From: Epiperipatus broadwayi
Lineage: Eukaryota > Animalia > Onychophora
Assembly (NCBI GenBank): GCA_028023455.1
Contig: JAQFVV010000004.1
Coordinates: forward strand, 17,174,001 to 17,238,000
DNA: 64,000 nt
Reading direction: 5' to 3'
The notes below the pieces were generated by a model. It searched no databases, was not told the DNA's origin, and saw only the letters and a list, made by a program, of their open reading frames with translations. Below, in pieces: positions 24,171 to 37,800 of this stretch. Both the position numbers and the translations under genes were made by a program. Every line of letters starts with the position of its first letter. Positions within the stretch are counted from its first letter, which is position 1.

Positions 24171-26999
24171 ACAATATATTAAATTAGATTATGCAGAATA
24201 TGCACATGCAAACACACACTCAATTTGATTTAAACACGCATTTTAACTATTCTTCACATTAATGCTTTTCGTATTTTTTTTTTGTTAAATTTTGTTTTTT
24301 TAATGTAGATTTTAAAATATGTTTTTAATTTAATAACCTAATTAATTTAATGATTAAACGATTATAATTCTTCATGTCGCAGCTTTAACACCACAGTACC
24401 TAAATTTCATATAACAAAAAATTGAAAAAAATTATTAATTTTAGAGAAAGTCTAAATGAATGGAAAAGAACAAAACATACAAAATTTTCACAAAAAAGTA
24501 TTATGCTGGTATAATCATGAATTAAATGTGATATACAGAAAATAATAAAGGATCACATGTGGCCCATTAATTATTGCAGTTTGGCCATGATTATTATAAT
24601 GCAGTATACAATTTTATTATAAAAAATATTTTATTAAACAAAAAATATATATTTTTGAAAAAAAATTGAGCAATAAAATTATTATAGTGAGATATTATTA
24701 CTATCAATATTTATTTGATATATTTATAAAATAAAAGATGAGATTAGAAAAATATTAAATAAGAGATTAAGATATGGAATCTTAGTAAATATATAAAATG
24801 ATTCAGACAGTATAAAGATTCTACAGTATATAAACAAATAACTACATGAGGAATATAAATAAGCAATGACAAAAATAATGACTGATTCAATAATGTCAAC
24901 AATAAAGATGGTATGGTGTTTCAAATTACATATAATGCACAGGAATCATAGGATAATTTCATGTGTAAAAAAATAAATCTATATTATCAAAATTATAGTA
25001 ATTAATAAGTTGATAACTACACTAAGTTCTTATAATAAATATTCAACTACATTTTTTAAAATGAAAAAGAATATACATAAGCGAATTATAATTTTTCTCT
25101 TGAAAAACAATACTTAAAATAACTAATATATTTATTATGAAAGCTTTACATAAGAATGCATTAAATTGGTAAAATATGTTTAACTTTCTAAATCATTGCC
25201 ATAAAAAAAAGATCAAGATTAAAAATGTTATAGGATTAATTTCTGAGTATCAATACATCTTGAAAAAAGCAACAAAATAATCCTTTTCCAAAATTTTGAG
25301 CTCATTCTTCTTTATAATTATTATCATTAGTTTTAGACTACAACACGAAAAATGACTACTTAAAGAGGGCAATATATTAATACTGTATCATAATATATTC
25401 AATTTCCAATCTTTCATCTCTATATGCAGCCCTAAAAACAAGTGCCAAGATGGGATTCAAATAAAAATATAGAAATGTTTTTTATTTTAATTTTGAAAAT
25501 TGGATATAAAGTGATAAATTGAAACCAAAATCATCAAGGATATGTGCAAATTTTAAGGAAAGCAGACAATAATTTTTTTTTTATTTGTTTATAAGATTAC
25601 AATAAAAATTCAAGATTCCTTGGACAATGACATTAATTGTAAATAATTCTAAGGATCAAATCTCAATTACAATCACATTTTGTACTTAGTGATTGATATT
25701 ACAAAAAGAATTTCTAAATATTTCCAAAAAGGGAATAAATATTAACTAAAACAATTTCCCTTAACACTTTGCCAGATAATTTAGTTTTTCAATGAGTAAA
25801 TTTTTTTGAAAGATATTAATCTCTCAAATAGAGTAAGTTTATTATAATACTATAGATATCTAATTTAACACTTTTTGTCTTCAATCCTTTTTTTTCCTAA
25901 CATTTCAAATGGTTAGTATACTCTAAAACTTCATTAATTTGTCAAATATTTTGTACAGCATATTAAGTTGAACTGCCATTCATGTGCAATGCTAATTTCT
26001 TAAACATCTAAAATGTTTATTTGATCTTTATTGAACTAATATAGTAATTTGGAAATAATTAACTTCATATATATTGCTTATAATAAATCCACTCATATAC
26101 ACTTTAATACAAAAAATTTTTTTAAATAAAACTTTTTATTTTCCTGACAATTTAGACTGTCCAGCAGTCTTGAAGTTTTATTAATTTTTTTTGCAATGAA
26201 GTGTATATGAGAGGAGTTATTATAAGCAATATATATATATGAATATATGAAGAAATGCAAATAAAGTAAAGGAGAAGAATAAAAATAAATAATTAACTAT
26301 GTAATTCTTATGCCTTGTAATTAACTTTAATCATCACAAATTTGCTAAATTCTCCAAAAAATTAACAATAATTTTCTTGATTTTACTTTTGCATAATTAA
26401 TAATTCACTCTTAAAAAATATTTTAGTAAATTATATGATTGAGCATTTTAACCAGTCTTTATTAATATATAAATACATTTACCATTGATTTCTAACAAAA
26501 CATTTTAAATATATGTCATTACTGAAGATTTGAACATTAATGTTTCAGTAATCTAAATGCATATAAACCAATTACATTAAAAAGCTAAACTATTCTTTGA
26601 CATGATGCATTTAGAAAAGAAATTTACTAGAAATCACATAAAGCGACCAATTTAAAAAGAACTTGGTTTGAATATTTCTCACCATTTTTAATTTAGTAAT
26701 GTAATCAAACTCAAATAGTTTCTAATTATATGAAATCCTTAATTTTTGATTAATATCTATTAAAAATATTTGCACATATATTGATCATGTAACTGAAGGA
26801 TAAAAACATGATTGCAATAAACATACAATGTAACATCTGGAATAGAAATATGATGAATATGAGAAGCTAGTAATGATCAATACCTATACGAATCCAAAAA
26901 ATAGCTAGATAAAATAAGAGGTCTAACATAGAAAAAATTATTTGTATTGGAAATAATATCTACCCTTTAATAAACCAATATCAAGCTTTAAATAAAACT

Positions 27000-27731
27000 T
27001 GTCTTGTATGAGCCAGCATCCGATCTTACAAGACTGTTTCATTCCTAAACAAATATCATATCTGGTTATTTCCCTACACGTTAACTATGAACCTACAGTA
27101 ATCGAGCTCAGCAGACATTTCAGTAAATCATACAATACTTCCAGCTATAGAAATATTGTATATTGTCTTTAATCTATTTCCACTTTTGTATGCGTACAAT
27201 TAAATGATAAATGTTAAGAAAATTTTGTTTACGTAAGAATATCATTTAAAGATGCAATAATAAATTAAAGTTTACAATAAAACTTTAAACAACTAAAAAG
27301 CCTAAAAGTGAAAACTACAATTGATTTAGTTCTCTACAGCTTATCTCAATCTGTTTCAGCTTAGAATAGGTATACAATCAGAATGATAACATTCGTCTCT
27401 CGTATAATAATATATATAAAAGAAAATATTATTCTTTAATGTACCTTCCTTTATTTTAGATTGCATTTTTAAAAAAAATGAACATAATGTTATAGTTGAA
27501 TTTTTACAAAATAACCTCAGTTCAGTTCAAAAGAATGGAAGCAGCCATTCATTCCGAGAAATAATGCATGATTATATGAGATTTAAATGCATTTATATTT
27601 TTAAAAAAAAATTATGGATTTATTTATAATTTTGTTATTTTTTTAAAGTATTTTTTGCCATTTATTTTTTTATTTTTATAAAATTATTAATTTATTAATG
27701 TAAACATAAAACTGGATTGAGAGTATCTAAT
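27000..27731. promoter_or_regulatory. Probable shared (bidirectional) FARS2/LYRM4 promoter region
   Basis: The genes diverge, there is local CpG enrichment against depleted flanks, and the FARS2 ATG exon starts at a splice acceptor, implying an upstream non-coding exon. Exact TSSs are not visible. Confidence 0.5.
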
Positions 27732-27814
27732 ATGTCTGCGCCCAAAATGAAAGTTCTTCAACTTTATCGGTCTCTGTTAAAAGAGAGCAAAAAATTTTCA
27801 TCTTATAATTACAG
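27732..27814 (+). CDS. LYRM4: LYR motif protein 4 (ISD11), exon 1 (83 nt)
   Basis: MSAPKMKVLQLYRSLLKESKKFSSYNY(R): LYR motif plus the F-x-x-YNYR signature. Donor AG|GTAACT. Not in the ORF track. Confidence 0.95.
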
Positions 27815-28734
27815 GTAACTTTTTACATTATATATCAAATTTCTATTTGTTAATCGTTTTGGGAAATACACCCATATATTAGAAGTGTCTCTCTTTTTTT
27901 TTTTAACGTTTGCTTGTGATAGAATTAACATTTGATTTAAGTTCATATTATATTTTCAATTTCTCTTGGCCTACTTTCATTTTTTTGATTTGACAGGCCT
28001 GTGATTTTTGTACTTTACATTATTTTCCTTATTCTTTTTAGTTTTTATTGCTAATTAAGCATCTGCGATATAGGATAATATTGCTTACATTTTGTCGACT
28101 GCGAAATATTTCAAAATTACATTACATAAAGTAATCCATAATGTTTTCTGATTTACTATGTTGAAAATTTATTGAATAGGTAGAATATTCACATTATTGT
28201 CAGAAATCATTTTAATTTCGCTTAGCAATAATAAGTTATGATTAGTCACTTCGAGCGTTGTTTGTTGGTATATTGTTCTTTAATAGTAATTCGTAAATTT
28301 TCTATTATTTCCCTGAAATAACTATATGAAGCCGCAACAGTCTCATGGCAAATTTAATTACGGGCATAAAAATTAAGTTGTAACTTAAAGTAATATAATG
28401 TTCTTTCAATTTATTTTACATTTTCATAAAAAGTAGCATCATTAATTAGAATTGTTTATTGAAAATTAGCATTCTTAAAAACATTGTTCTGTATACCTTT
28501 GTAAAATCTTGTCCACCAGTTGATTTGAATGAATAGAACTTGGGAAACCTCTTACCATGAGCAAGGATAACAGACACTGAATCTAATATACGGGTTTATT
28601 GATAGTCTGTAATTATATATATATTTCACCTTTCTTAAATATCATCATTATTGCATTAATTTAATTATATATTTTTATCATTTAGATATTTGATATATAA
28701 TTCTGCAAATAATTTTTATGATTACTCAAGTTTA

Positions 28735-29921
28735 AAGTAGATGGCTCAACAGTAAAGTGAAGATGTCGAGATATTAAATTAAGTGTGGTGAATAGATATA
28801 GTTATTTGGGAATTATTTTAATAATCAGAAAAATTATTTGGATGAATGGGAGAAAAAAAATTGATAAATGAAGCAAAGAAAAGAAAGGGATTAATAAAGA
28901 AATTAACAGTGTTTTCATATAAAAAATATGATGTAGCTAGAATTATATGGAAGGGAGTTGCAGTAACAGGGTTAACATATAGTAATGATGCATTATGTGT
29001 TAGTAAAGGGGTATTAAATTATTTAGAAAAAGTTCAAAGGGAAGTAGGATGACATGCATTGAATGCAGATGTATGGATAGCAAGGGAGGCAATTCAAGGA
29101 GAAATGGGATGGTCAAGTTTTTATATGAGATGCAAAAAGTAAAATGAAAATGTTTGGTAGATTGCAGTTTATGGATAATAAAAGAATAGACAAAATAGTA
29201 TTTAATTGGGTTATGAGTAAAGGGCAGGTAACAAGATGGGTATGCAAAAGATTTGGATAAAGAATTTATATCAGTATATTTGTACAAAAGGTGTGATGAT
29301 TGTGTTAGGAGGATTGTTGAGTGTTATAGTGGTAAGGAATGAGATAAAAGAATAGATTTATTAATAAAGAATAGGGAGTTAGAGAGATGGAGAACTAATA
29401 TGGAGAATAAAAAGAATTTAAACATATATATAGAAATAAACAGAATATTAGGTGCTATTTAATATATGATAATAGTAAGGAAAGTAGTTTGTTGTTTAAG
29501 GTTCGAATGGAATCTTTAGCAACAAGAGAATATACATGTAAATGGAAAAATATGGATGATTTAGTTTGTAAATTATGTAAGGAAGGAATAGAAAATATTA
29601 GGCATCTGTTAATTGAATGTAAATGCTTGAAAACAGAAAGGGCACATATAATGAAGTTATGGAAGAATAAATATGAAAAAAGTGATTATACAGAAAGTGG
29701 ATTATTGTTTTTTATGCTGGCTCTAGGAAAAGATAAGGAGGATTTAGATATAAAGGCCATAGAGTTGACAAAGATTATGCTGTGGAAATGAGATGGAGCA
29801 GAATATGGGAAAACTTAGAGTGGGGAATGGAAAATAAAGTAGGTAACACGTTTCTCTGGGCATAATTGCTGAGAGATTCTTGACTTCGTTTAAGGAGAAG
29901 CTACAGTACATCACATCACAT
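28735..29921 (+). mobile_element. Non-LTR retrotransposon 3' region (post-RT and C-terminal CCHC), (ACATC)n tail
   Basis: RYSYLGIIL, ARIIWKGVAVTGLTY...EAIQGEMGWSSF, CKLCKEGIENIRHLLIEC; ends acatcacatcacat. Clade not assigned. Confidence 0.8.
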
Positions 29922-30639
29922 ATGAGTAAAGGGCAGGCAACAAGATGAGTGAGAAAGGTAATGCGGTATGCAAAAGATTTGGATAAAGAATTTATATCAG
30001 TATATTTGTACAAAAGATGAGATGATTGTGTTAAGAGGATTGTTGGGTGTTATAGTGGTAAGGAATGGGATAAAAGAATAGATTTATTAATAAAGATTAG
30101 GGAGTTAGAGAGATGAAGAACTAGTATGGAGAGTAAAAAGAGTTTAAATATATATAGAAATAAACAGAATATTAGGTGCAAGTTAATATATGATAATAAT
30201 AAGGAAAGTAGTTTATTGTTTAAGGCTTGAACGGGATCTTTAGTAACAAGAGAATATACATGTAAATGGAAAAATATGGGTGATTTAGTCTAAATTATGT
30301 AAGGAAGGAATAGAAAATATTAGGTATCTGTTAATTGAATGTAAATGCATGAGGAAAGGGTACATATAATGAAGTTATGGAAAAATAAATATGAAAAAAG
30401 TGATTATACAGAAAGTGGATTATTGTTTTCTATGCTGGGTTTGTGAAAAGATAAGGGGATTTAGATATAAAGGCCATAGAGTTGACAAAGATTATTTTTG
30501 TGGAAATGGGATGGAGCAGAATATTGGAAAACTTAGACTGGGGAATGGAAAATAAAGTGGCTAACAGATTTCTCTGGGCATAATTGCTAAGAGATTCTTG
30601 ACTTTGTTTAAGGAGCAGCTGCAGTACATCACATCACAT
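29922..30639 (+). mobile_element. Second, 5'-truncated copy of the same LINE 3' end in direct tandem
   Basis: Repeats 29213-29921 with independent indels and the same ACATC tail. Confidence 0.85.
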
Positions 30640-31260
30640 GAAAATATATAAATAACCATATGAAAAATCATGTAATATTGATAATTTTTTAATCTACTTG
30701 TTTTAATATATCAATAATAATTCCATTATTCTCTGGAGTTTTCCATTCTTTATAGAATTGATTGCATATCATACTTTATTTTAAACATTTGCTATTTCAA
30801 AAGATATAATTACATGGGCCTCTTTGTTTTCATCTTTCTTTATTATATAATTCATCGTGGAAATCTTCCACAGTGGATGATGATGTCCCTCTTTTGAGAA
30901 ATAATGCCATGAGAGACTTTCTTTCCGATACCAAAATATTGTTCTATACTTTCAAGATTTCTATTTTTTTCCTATAGTTATTCTTTAAATTCACAGTTTC
31001 TTGTTGATATAATTTTTTTCTTTTATCATTTTACAGAATTTCAGATTTTTGATTCTTATAAGGCCCTAATTTTTAAATATTTTCTTATTCCCTTTTTTCA
31101 TGCCTTGTCTCAGTTGAATACTTACTAGTGAATTATTGGTTATTGTTTTTGTGTGTATGTGTTATCTATTTGGATAATAAGTTTTAATACAATATTAGTT
31201 ATCTTTTTATTTATTTAATTGCTCAGCATGATTTGATAGTTGTAGCAGACTCAGAAGCTC

Positions 31261-31344
31261 AAAGCTCAAGTTCCATATATTATGACTAGTTCTTCTGGTG
31301 CTAAAGCTCAAGTTCCATATATTATGACTAGTTCTTCTGGTGCT
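31261..31344. repeat. Perfect tandem duplication, 2 x 42 bp
   Basis: aaagctcaagttccatatattatgactagttcttctggtgct x2. Confidence 0.95.
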
Positions 31345-34300
31345 CAAACTTTTTATGAACTGCTAAGCTATAAATCATTTAGCTATATATATTTTTATTT
31401 GATTGAATTTTACTAATATTTTAAAATGATTTGGAATCAACTGTTATTGCTGCCGTATTAAATAGCTTTTAATTCTCTAGTTTTGTAACAGCACACATTT
31501 TATATCATTATTGATGATCACTTCCTTTATTTAATCCACTTTTGAAATAATTTATTGTTATACATTCATTTGTATGCTGTTAAATCCATGTCCTTATTAG
31601 ATTTTTTCTTAAAAAAAAAAAAATTATTATTTGCAGGTCTCCCTCCAGTAAATTTCACAAGTAAAGCCGTTAATCTTGTGTTTAGATTTATAGAGGTCCC
31701 TACTGTCGCATTTTAGGTGCATAGTCTTAAAATTATAGCATTAATATATATTACTTTCATCCATATTTAGTTTACTCATAGCATTTTCATCTTTCAATCT
31801 TTCCAGTTCTAGCATTAAAGTCTTCCATGGCAATTTTAAAATATTTGATGTGATCAAAAACATTCTATACATTTATATAAAAATCCTCTATTTTTTTTAA
31901 AATCAGAGTGAGTAACTATGTATACCTGAATTATCTATATTTTGTATCTTCCAATAAGTTGAATAACTGATTTTGCCACTATTTTATATCCCATCAATGT
32001 TCATAATGTTGTTTTTTATTTATAATGAATCCCATTCCATTTGTATTTCTAATATTGGTATGTTTATAGTAAAGTACATGATCACTTTTCATATATCTTC
32101 ACCTTTTCTTCTATCTTCACAAAATCTGACCAATATTTTATTTAATATTAAATAATTCTAATTAATAAAAGTGTTAATTGAAAGGGATTTGCTGCTTAAT
32201 AAAAGGACATTCTTTGATTCCTCTTTCAGGCATTAAAAGAACTGAACAGAACAAATTTCTGCTGTCATTCCATACTTTCGTGTTAATTCAATTGTTATTA
32301 TTAAACAGAACATGAATGACTGCTATTAAAAAACATTAGACAGCATCATGAGTTTACTGGTTTTCACATCCAAATTTAAATCTAAGAATTACTATGATCT
32401 TTTCCAGATGCCTGATATGTTTTAACAGAAATATTAATTGAATATTTTTGAATGCAAAATGAACATGTGAATGTATTTGTGAATGATCATCCATTGTTAT
32501 TCCATTGTGACAATATATATATAAAATCATATATATTGTAACCTGTAGGAGTCTTTTAGTTATCTTTCATCAATGAGACTCTTTGATCTACTCCTACATA
32601 TCTTTCTTGAAGATCCATAAATCTATTTTATTCAATTGATATTAAGTGTAAAAAAAAAAAATATTTATATATGTTTTACTCATGACTAGTGAAATGTGAT
32701 CTGTCATTCATCATATGGCAACACTCATTTAGTAAATTGTCTCTGGTTTCTCTGTAATCTTCTAACTCAAATTATAATTTGAATATTGGATAATTGGTAA
32801 TGTGATGATTTAGATACAAATGGGGTTTATTTGTGTCCAAGTCTCGAATAAATGTTCTATAATTCCCATCGAGCAAAGTGGGTAAAATCCTTGGTAAGTT
32901 AAAATTCAACTAAATCTATTTGAAATATATGTGAATGGTTTTAATAACTTTTATATCTTTTTGTAACTTTTAATGATATAAATGATGTTGATCAACAATA
33001 AACTCATTTGCTGAACAATAAAAAAAAAATATTTTATTTAAAATAAGTATTTATAAAATAAATGTTATAGCAATAAAATAGGAAAGAAAAATAATATATA
33101 GTTTATTAACAAGTCTCAACTTAAGTATGAATTCTGATTATCTAGATTTATTACCCTTCTTCTATCTCTTTTAAAAAATATAATCAACATTATAAGTCTA
33201 CTAAGTGGATATTTCTACTACGTGCTGTTCACGATAAGATAATTCGAAAGGTTGTATTATTATTATTTTCATCCAGCATATCTGACATTTAGTGCAGGCA
33301 AATCCAGAAAAGGAAAATTGGTTACATATTATCCAATTAATAAGATAAGCATAAATGTAATTGGTCTATAATGGGAATACAAAAGCCTACATTATTCCTA
33401 GTTCGAGTGTGTGCTATCAGTATAATTTAACTAACTCAAGAGGCATTAAATCTAAATACCCTTATAAAATTGCCATATACTACACAATATTTCATCAGAT
33501 GGAAAAAAGCTTACTAGGAATAAGATCTACTAAACAATAGCAACAACACAAAAATCATTTCATTCATTAACTCTTTATCATCATCATTAATTCACCTCGT
33601 GATGAAAAATGTCAAAGGCAAACAAACGGGAAATAAATCTAAAAATAACGATGCATAATAGTTATAAGTAATTAAATGCAGTACAGCGTCTCCAATATAA
33701 TTATATTAATACATGTAACAAACTAATACTCTCCTATCACTAATTTCACATATTTATCTGTTTCTTACTTTACACATATTCTTATTGAGAGTTTTTGATA
33801 TCCTACTTAACATATAAACCAAACATCTCAAAACAATCAAAATAGTTTACTCTAATACCCTTGAGTAAATCCTAAGAATATATCATTGTTAAGCTGAAAA
33901 GACCTGTGACAAGTATTAGAGAGCTACATCCAGGGTCATTATCTATAATAAATAAATAAAATTTTTTATTCAAAATCAATGTTTACTTTTTTTTTTCTTG
34001 AGTTTTCAACATTAATTCATCAATGCAATTTGCAGTGATTATTTTTTATCTGCAATGCTATTCTAAATTAATAAGTCCCTTCGTTGAAATTTAAAGACAC
34101 TCACTTTCTTATAGTTCAATGTATAGATTGGTTGGTATGGCTTTTAGTAATTACTTCTTGTTTGCAATATGGTTTGATTTGAATAAATCCGTTTGACTGA
34201 GTGTAATAAAGTATTTTTTTAAAAAAAAAAATTTCTTTTATTGTTTCATTTTTGTTTTTTAAAGGTCAAACACTCTTCTATTTATTTGTCCACTTTGAAG

Positions 34301-34873
34301 TTTCTAATTATAGTCAGTGAAGCTAATGTTCCTTTGTCTCGTTAGTTTCATTTGGGTTATCTAGACTAACGATATTTAACATACCAACAGCAATACTTCA
34401 ATTCACATTCAGTAGTTAATCCACACAGAGACTAATTCTTTCTCTCTTTTTTTAAAATAAATATTTCATAGATTCAAGAATCTTTGGTATTATTCCATAG
34501 GTAATATCTTATTTGTAACTATTCAGTTAGCATTGCCTTTGGAGAAATAATATAAGTGATACATTAACATACAAAGTTTAACAACGTAAATTCATAGGTA
34601 ACATTCTGAATGCGTTGTAATTGCATAAAATTCTCAGATTATTTTGTTTCCATGGTAAACTTATAATTCTTTTCTGTTTAACATATCCTCTATCTAGGTA
34701 CAGTTTGGTAGAGAGGTCCTGATGAGTGACAGACCCCTTTAATCTACCATAAATTGACAAAGCAGTAAAATAATATGGCTATTATAAACTTCGAACCTAC
34801 TTACATTTTTATAACACTCGGAATAAACGACAACTCCTAAATTTCAATATGTGGTTTCTTGAATACAATCAAT

Positions 34874-37800
34874 TGTAACAGGATATATATACATTACATT
34901 TAAATTTTAATACTTAAATTTTTTGTGGAAATATCTAATAATGAATTAAAAGCACAGACGCTCGAAATGCACAAATAATGAGTTATTAATTTATTAATAA
35001 GTTTAGTTTAAATATTGAAATAAAATAAGTTTAAAAAAAATTATATAATCGAAGCAAAGATTCTAATTTTTAAATAAATATAATAAAAACCTTTTAATCT
35101 TAAAAATAACGAAGAGAGTTTTTAACAAAAATTAAATTACAAATATATCCTTAGGGCAAAATGACCATTAAAAAGATTATTACGAAATAGATAAGAGTTG
35201 AGAAATAGAAACAAAAGGCTTGCTTTTCCCGCCCAAGATATACACAGACCACAGAGGAAAATCTACTGAATATGTTTGATGGATCTGCACATTCCTAGAT
35301 AAGGCGCCTCAGGACTATAAAAGGAAAAATTCATAAGAAAGAATTAATTAGAAGATTAGAATTCTGAATTCATTTGTCATTGCTGAAAAGTTAAATGCTA
35401 TTATCGTCGTTACCAAAAGTGTAATCTGTTTTAATCGTGCATCCCTCAGTTCGGCCGGCCGAAGGCAGCCTCCATCTCCACGGATCCCAGGATCGAACCA
35501 CTGGAACCATCTTCATAAAGCGTCACATGTCTTGCATAAATCATCATCGTCCGCAAGAAATGGCTCTTGCATAAATTCAAATCTTCATCGCGAAGGAACG
35601 AGCCCGGAGAAAGGAAAGTATAAATTATAAGTGATAAAAATGAAATATAACCTCTTTTTAATTTAAAGTCTTTGAACTTTATTTTCCTTTAAAGATGAAC
35701 TATAGACTTTCTCCTGAGCAAACCTGAACTTTATTTTTTATAAACGTGACAATTTTAAAATTTTTATCTAAAGTTTAAACATAATCTTTTAAAAATATGG
35801 TATAATTTTTTTATTTATGCTTAGTATAAGGTCTTTTTGTAATAAGGCAGGAGTTTGTGATTGCAAACGAATTTAAAGATAAAATCAAACACATCATTAT
35901 TTGTGCATTATTAGATTTTAAAAATAGGTCAAATATATTATTTGTGGTAAAAAAAAAATAAGTTGAATACAATGTGCCATTTTAAAATAAGTTAAAAACC
36001 TTAAACTAAAGATTTTTTTTATATTATTAGATTGACTTAAATTTAAGTTGAGTGTAGATAGCTGCTTAGACTCAGTTTTGGTATATGTTAGTTTAAATGG
36101 GTTTTGATTTCGGACTATTTGTTTCTTAGCTATGTCAGTGCTGGTGGAGAGATATATGGATGTTTATATCAATGTAATGTGAAGTGTGATAGCATTTAGG
36201 GCAACGTGCCCAACTGAATGCATGACCCCAAAGGATTAATCATGGCATTGAAATGGATGTAGAGTACTTCCCATGACATTGACCCCTTTCAGCTCAATGG
36301 ATAGGGACTATAAGTCGACAAGATAGACCGCTCTCCCATCCATACGTAGCGTTTTCTCTTTATTGTTTTATATGCACAATTCCTTCGCCAGACAGACGTA
36401 CATTCCTGTACTGGATGAAGGTACTGTTCTTCAAATAATATCATGCTGTCAGATGCACATTTCTGTCAGCATGGTTCTGTACTAACATGCTCACATTGCA
36501 TTGGTTGCAGATATATATTGGGAAGCGAGCATTGGGGTGGCTGCGGACTTTTAACCTGGAGTCAAATGTTTTGAAAATCTTTAAAGTGCGTCGTCTAGGT
36601 AGCCTGTCTATGATCAATATTCTAAGATTAGAATTTAAAGTAAAAAAAAAGTAAATAAATAATGAAGCATAAAGCATAATTTTTTTTTTATAGTAATTAT
36701 TTTTCAAGTTTGTGTGTTGTCACCCATGTATACGTGAATAAAATCTTTTGTGTTATTAGTACTGGCAGTGATCTAGTTGGTTTTTTTTAACCTTTATTAA
36801 AAATATATTTTAATAAATATGTTTTAAACCTCTGCTACTCTATGAGCTAGTGGCAAGGGCTGACAGTCAATAAAATAAAAAAATTGGATCTTTCCCAGTA
36901 CGTATATGCCTACTATATAAATTTTCCAGGTTCAAATAGCCTGGTGGCGCCCTGTACGGCAGTACGACAACCTTCCACTAACACCCTGACCGTTATAATT
37001 GTTCACCCAACCTGGACCGATACACTTTAACCACATGTACCCTGAGAATTTTAAAAAAATAGGTAATGCCAGTAGCAAAAAAAAAGTTTTTTTAAAATGA
37101 ATTTTTGTTTATATCTTAAAGCTGTAGAATATAATGTCGATGAAAAAGTACTGCCAGAATGTATATTGCACACATATGCATGCATACATGTAAGAAAGGA
37201 AACTTATGAAATATATTTAAAAAGTAATTTTAGGAAAGTCTGATTAATAATAATAATAAAAAAGTAAGTTGGGAACTGTCTAATGGGAGCTGCTCAGCTG
37301 ATGTAAAAAGTTGGGGAGAATACTTTTTTGTGTGTGTGTGAGTAATTACTAGGAAAAAAAGAACCTTAATGCATTACTATTGTCAATTAGTACAAACCCT
37401 AACTAAAGTCTTTTTTTTTATAATGTTTTTAATAAGTTCAGTGATATGTAACGGGATATATATATATATGTTACTTTTAAATTTTAGTACTTAAATTTTT
37501 TGTTGGAAATATCTAATAATGAATTAAAAGCACAGACGTTCGAAATGCACAAATAATGAGTTATTAATTTATTAATTAGTTTAGTTTAAATATTGAAATA
37601 AAATAAGTTTAAAAAAAATTATATAATCGGAGCAAAGATTCTAATTTTTAAATAAATATAATAAAAACCTTTTAATCTTAAAGATAACGAAGAGTTTTTA
37701 ACAAAAATTAAATTACAAATAGATCCTTAGGGCAAAATGACCATTAAAAAGATTATTACGAAATAGATAAGAGTTGAGAAATAGAAACAAAAGGCTTGCT

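Larger units (their letters stand above)
23507..24407. repeat. Long inverted repeat: ~410-bp arms (23507-23916 and 24000-24407), 83-bp spacer
   Basis: Arms are reverse complements with about 23 differences by hand count (~94% identity). They include unique flank plus part of the hammerhead repeat. Confidence 0.95.

Noticed and set aside
34719-34725. CTGATGAG hammerhead core
   Set aside because: No stem II followed by GAAA, and no stems I or III.
36441-36707. ORF with a CxxC...H zinc-finger-like stretch inside the LTR
   Set aside because: The second Cys-pair residue context is lost in LTR2 (CNQC becomes RSQC) and the spacing does not fit C2H2.
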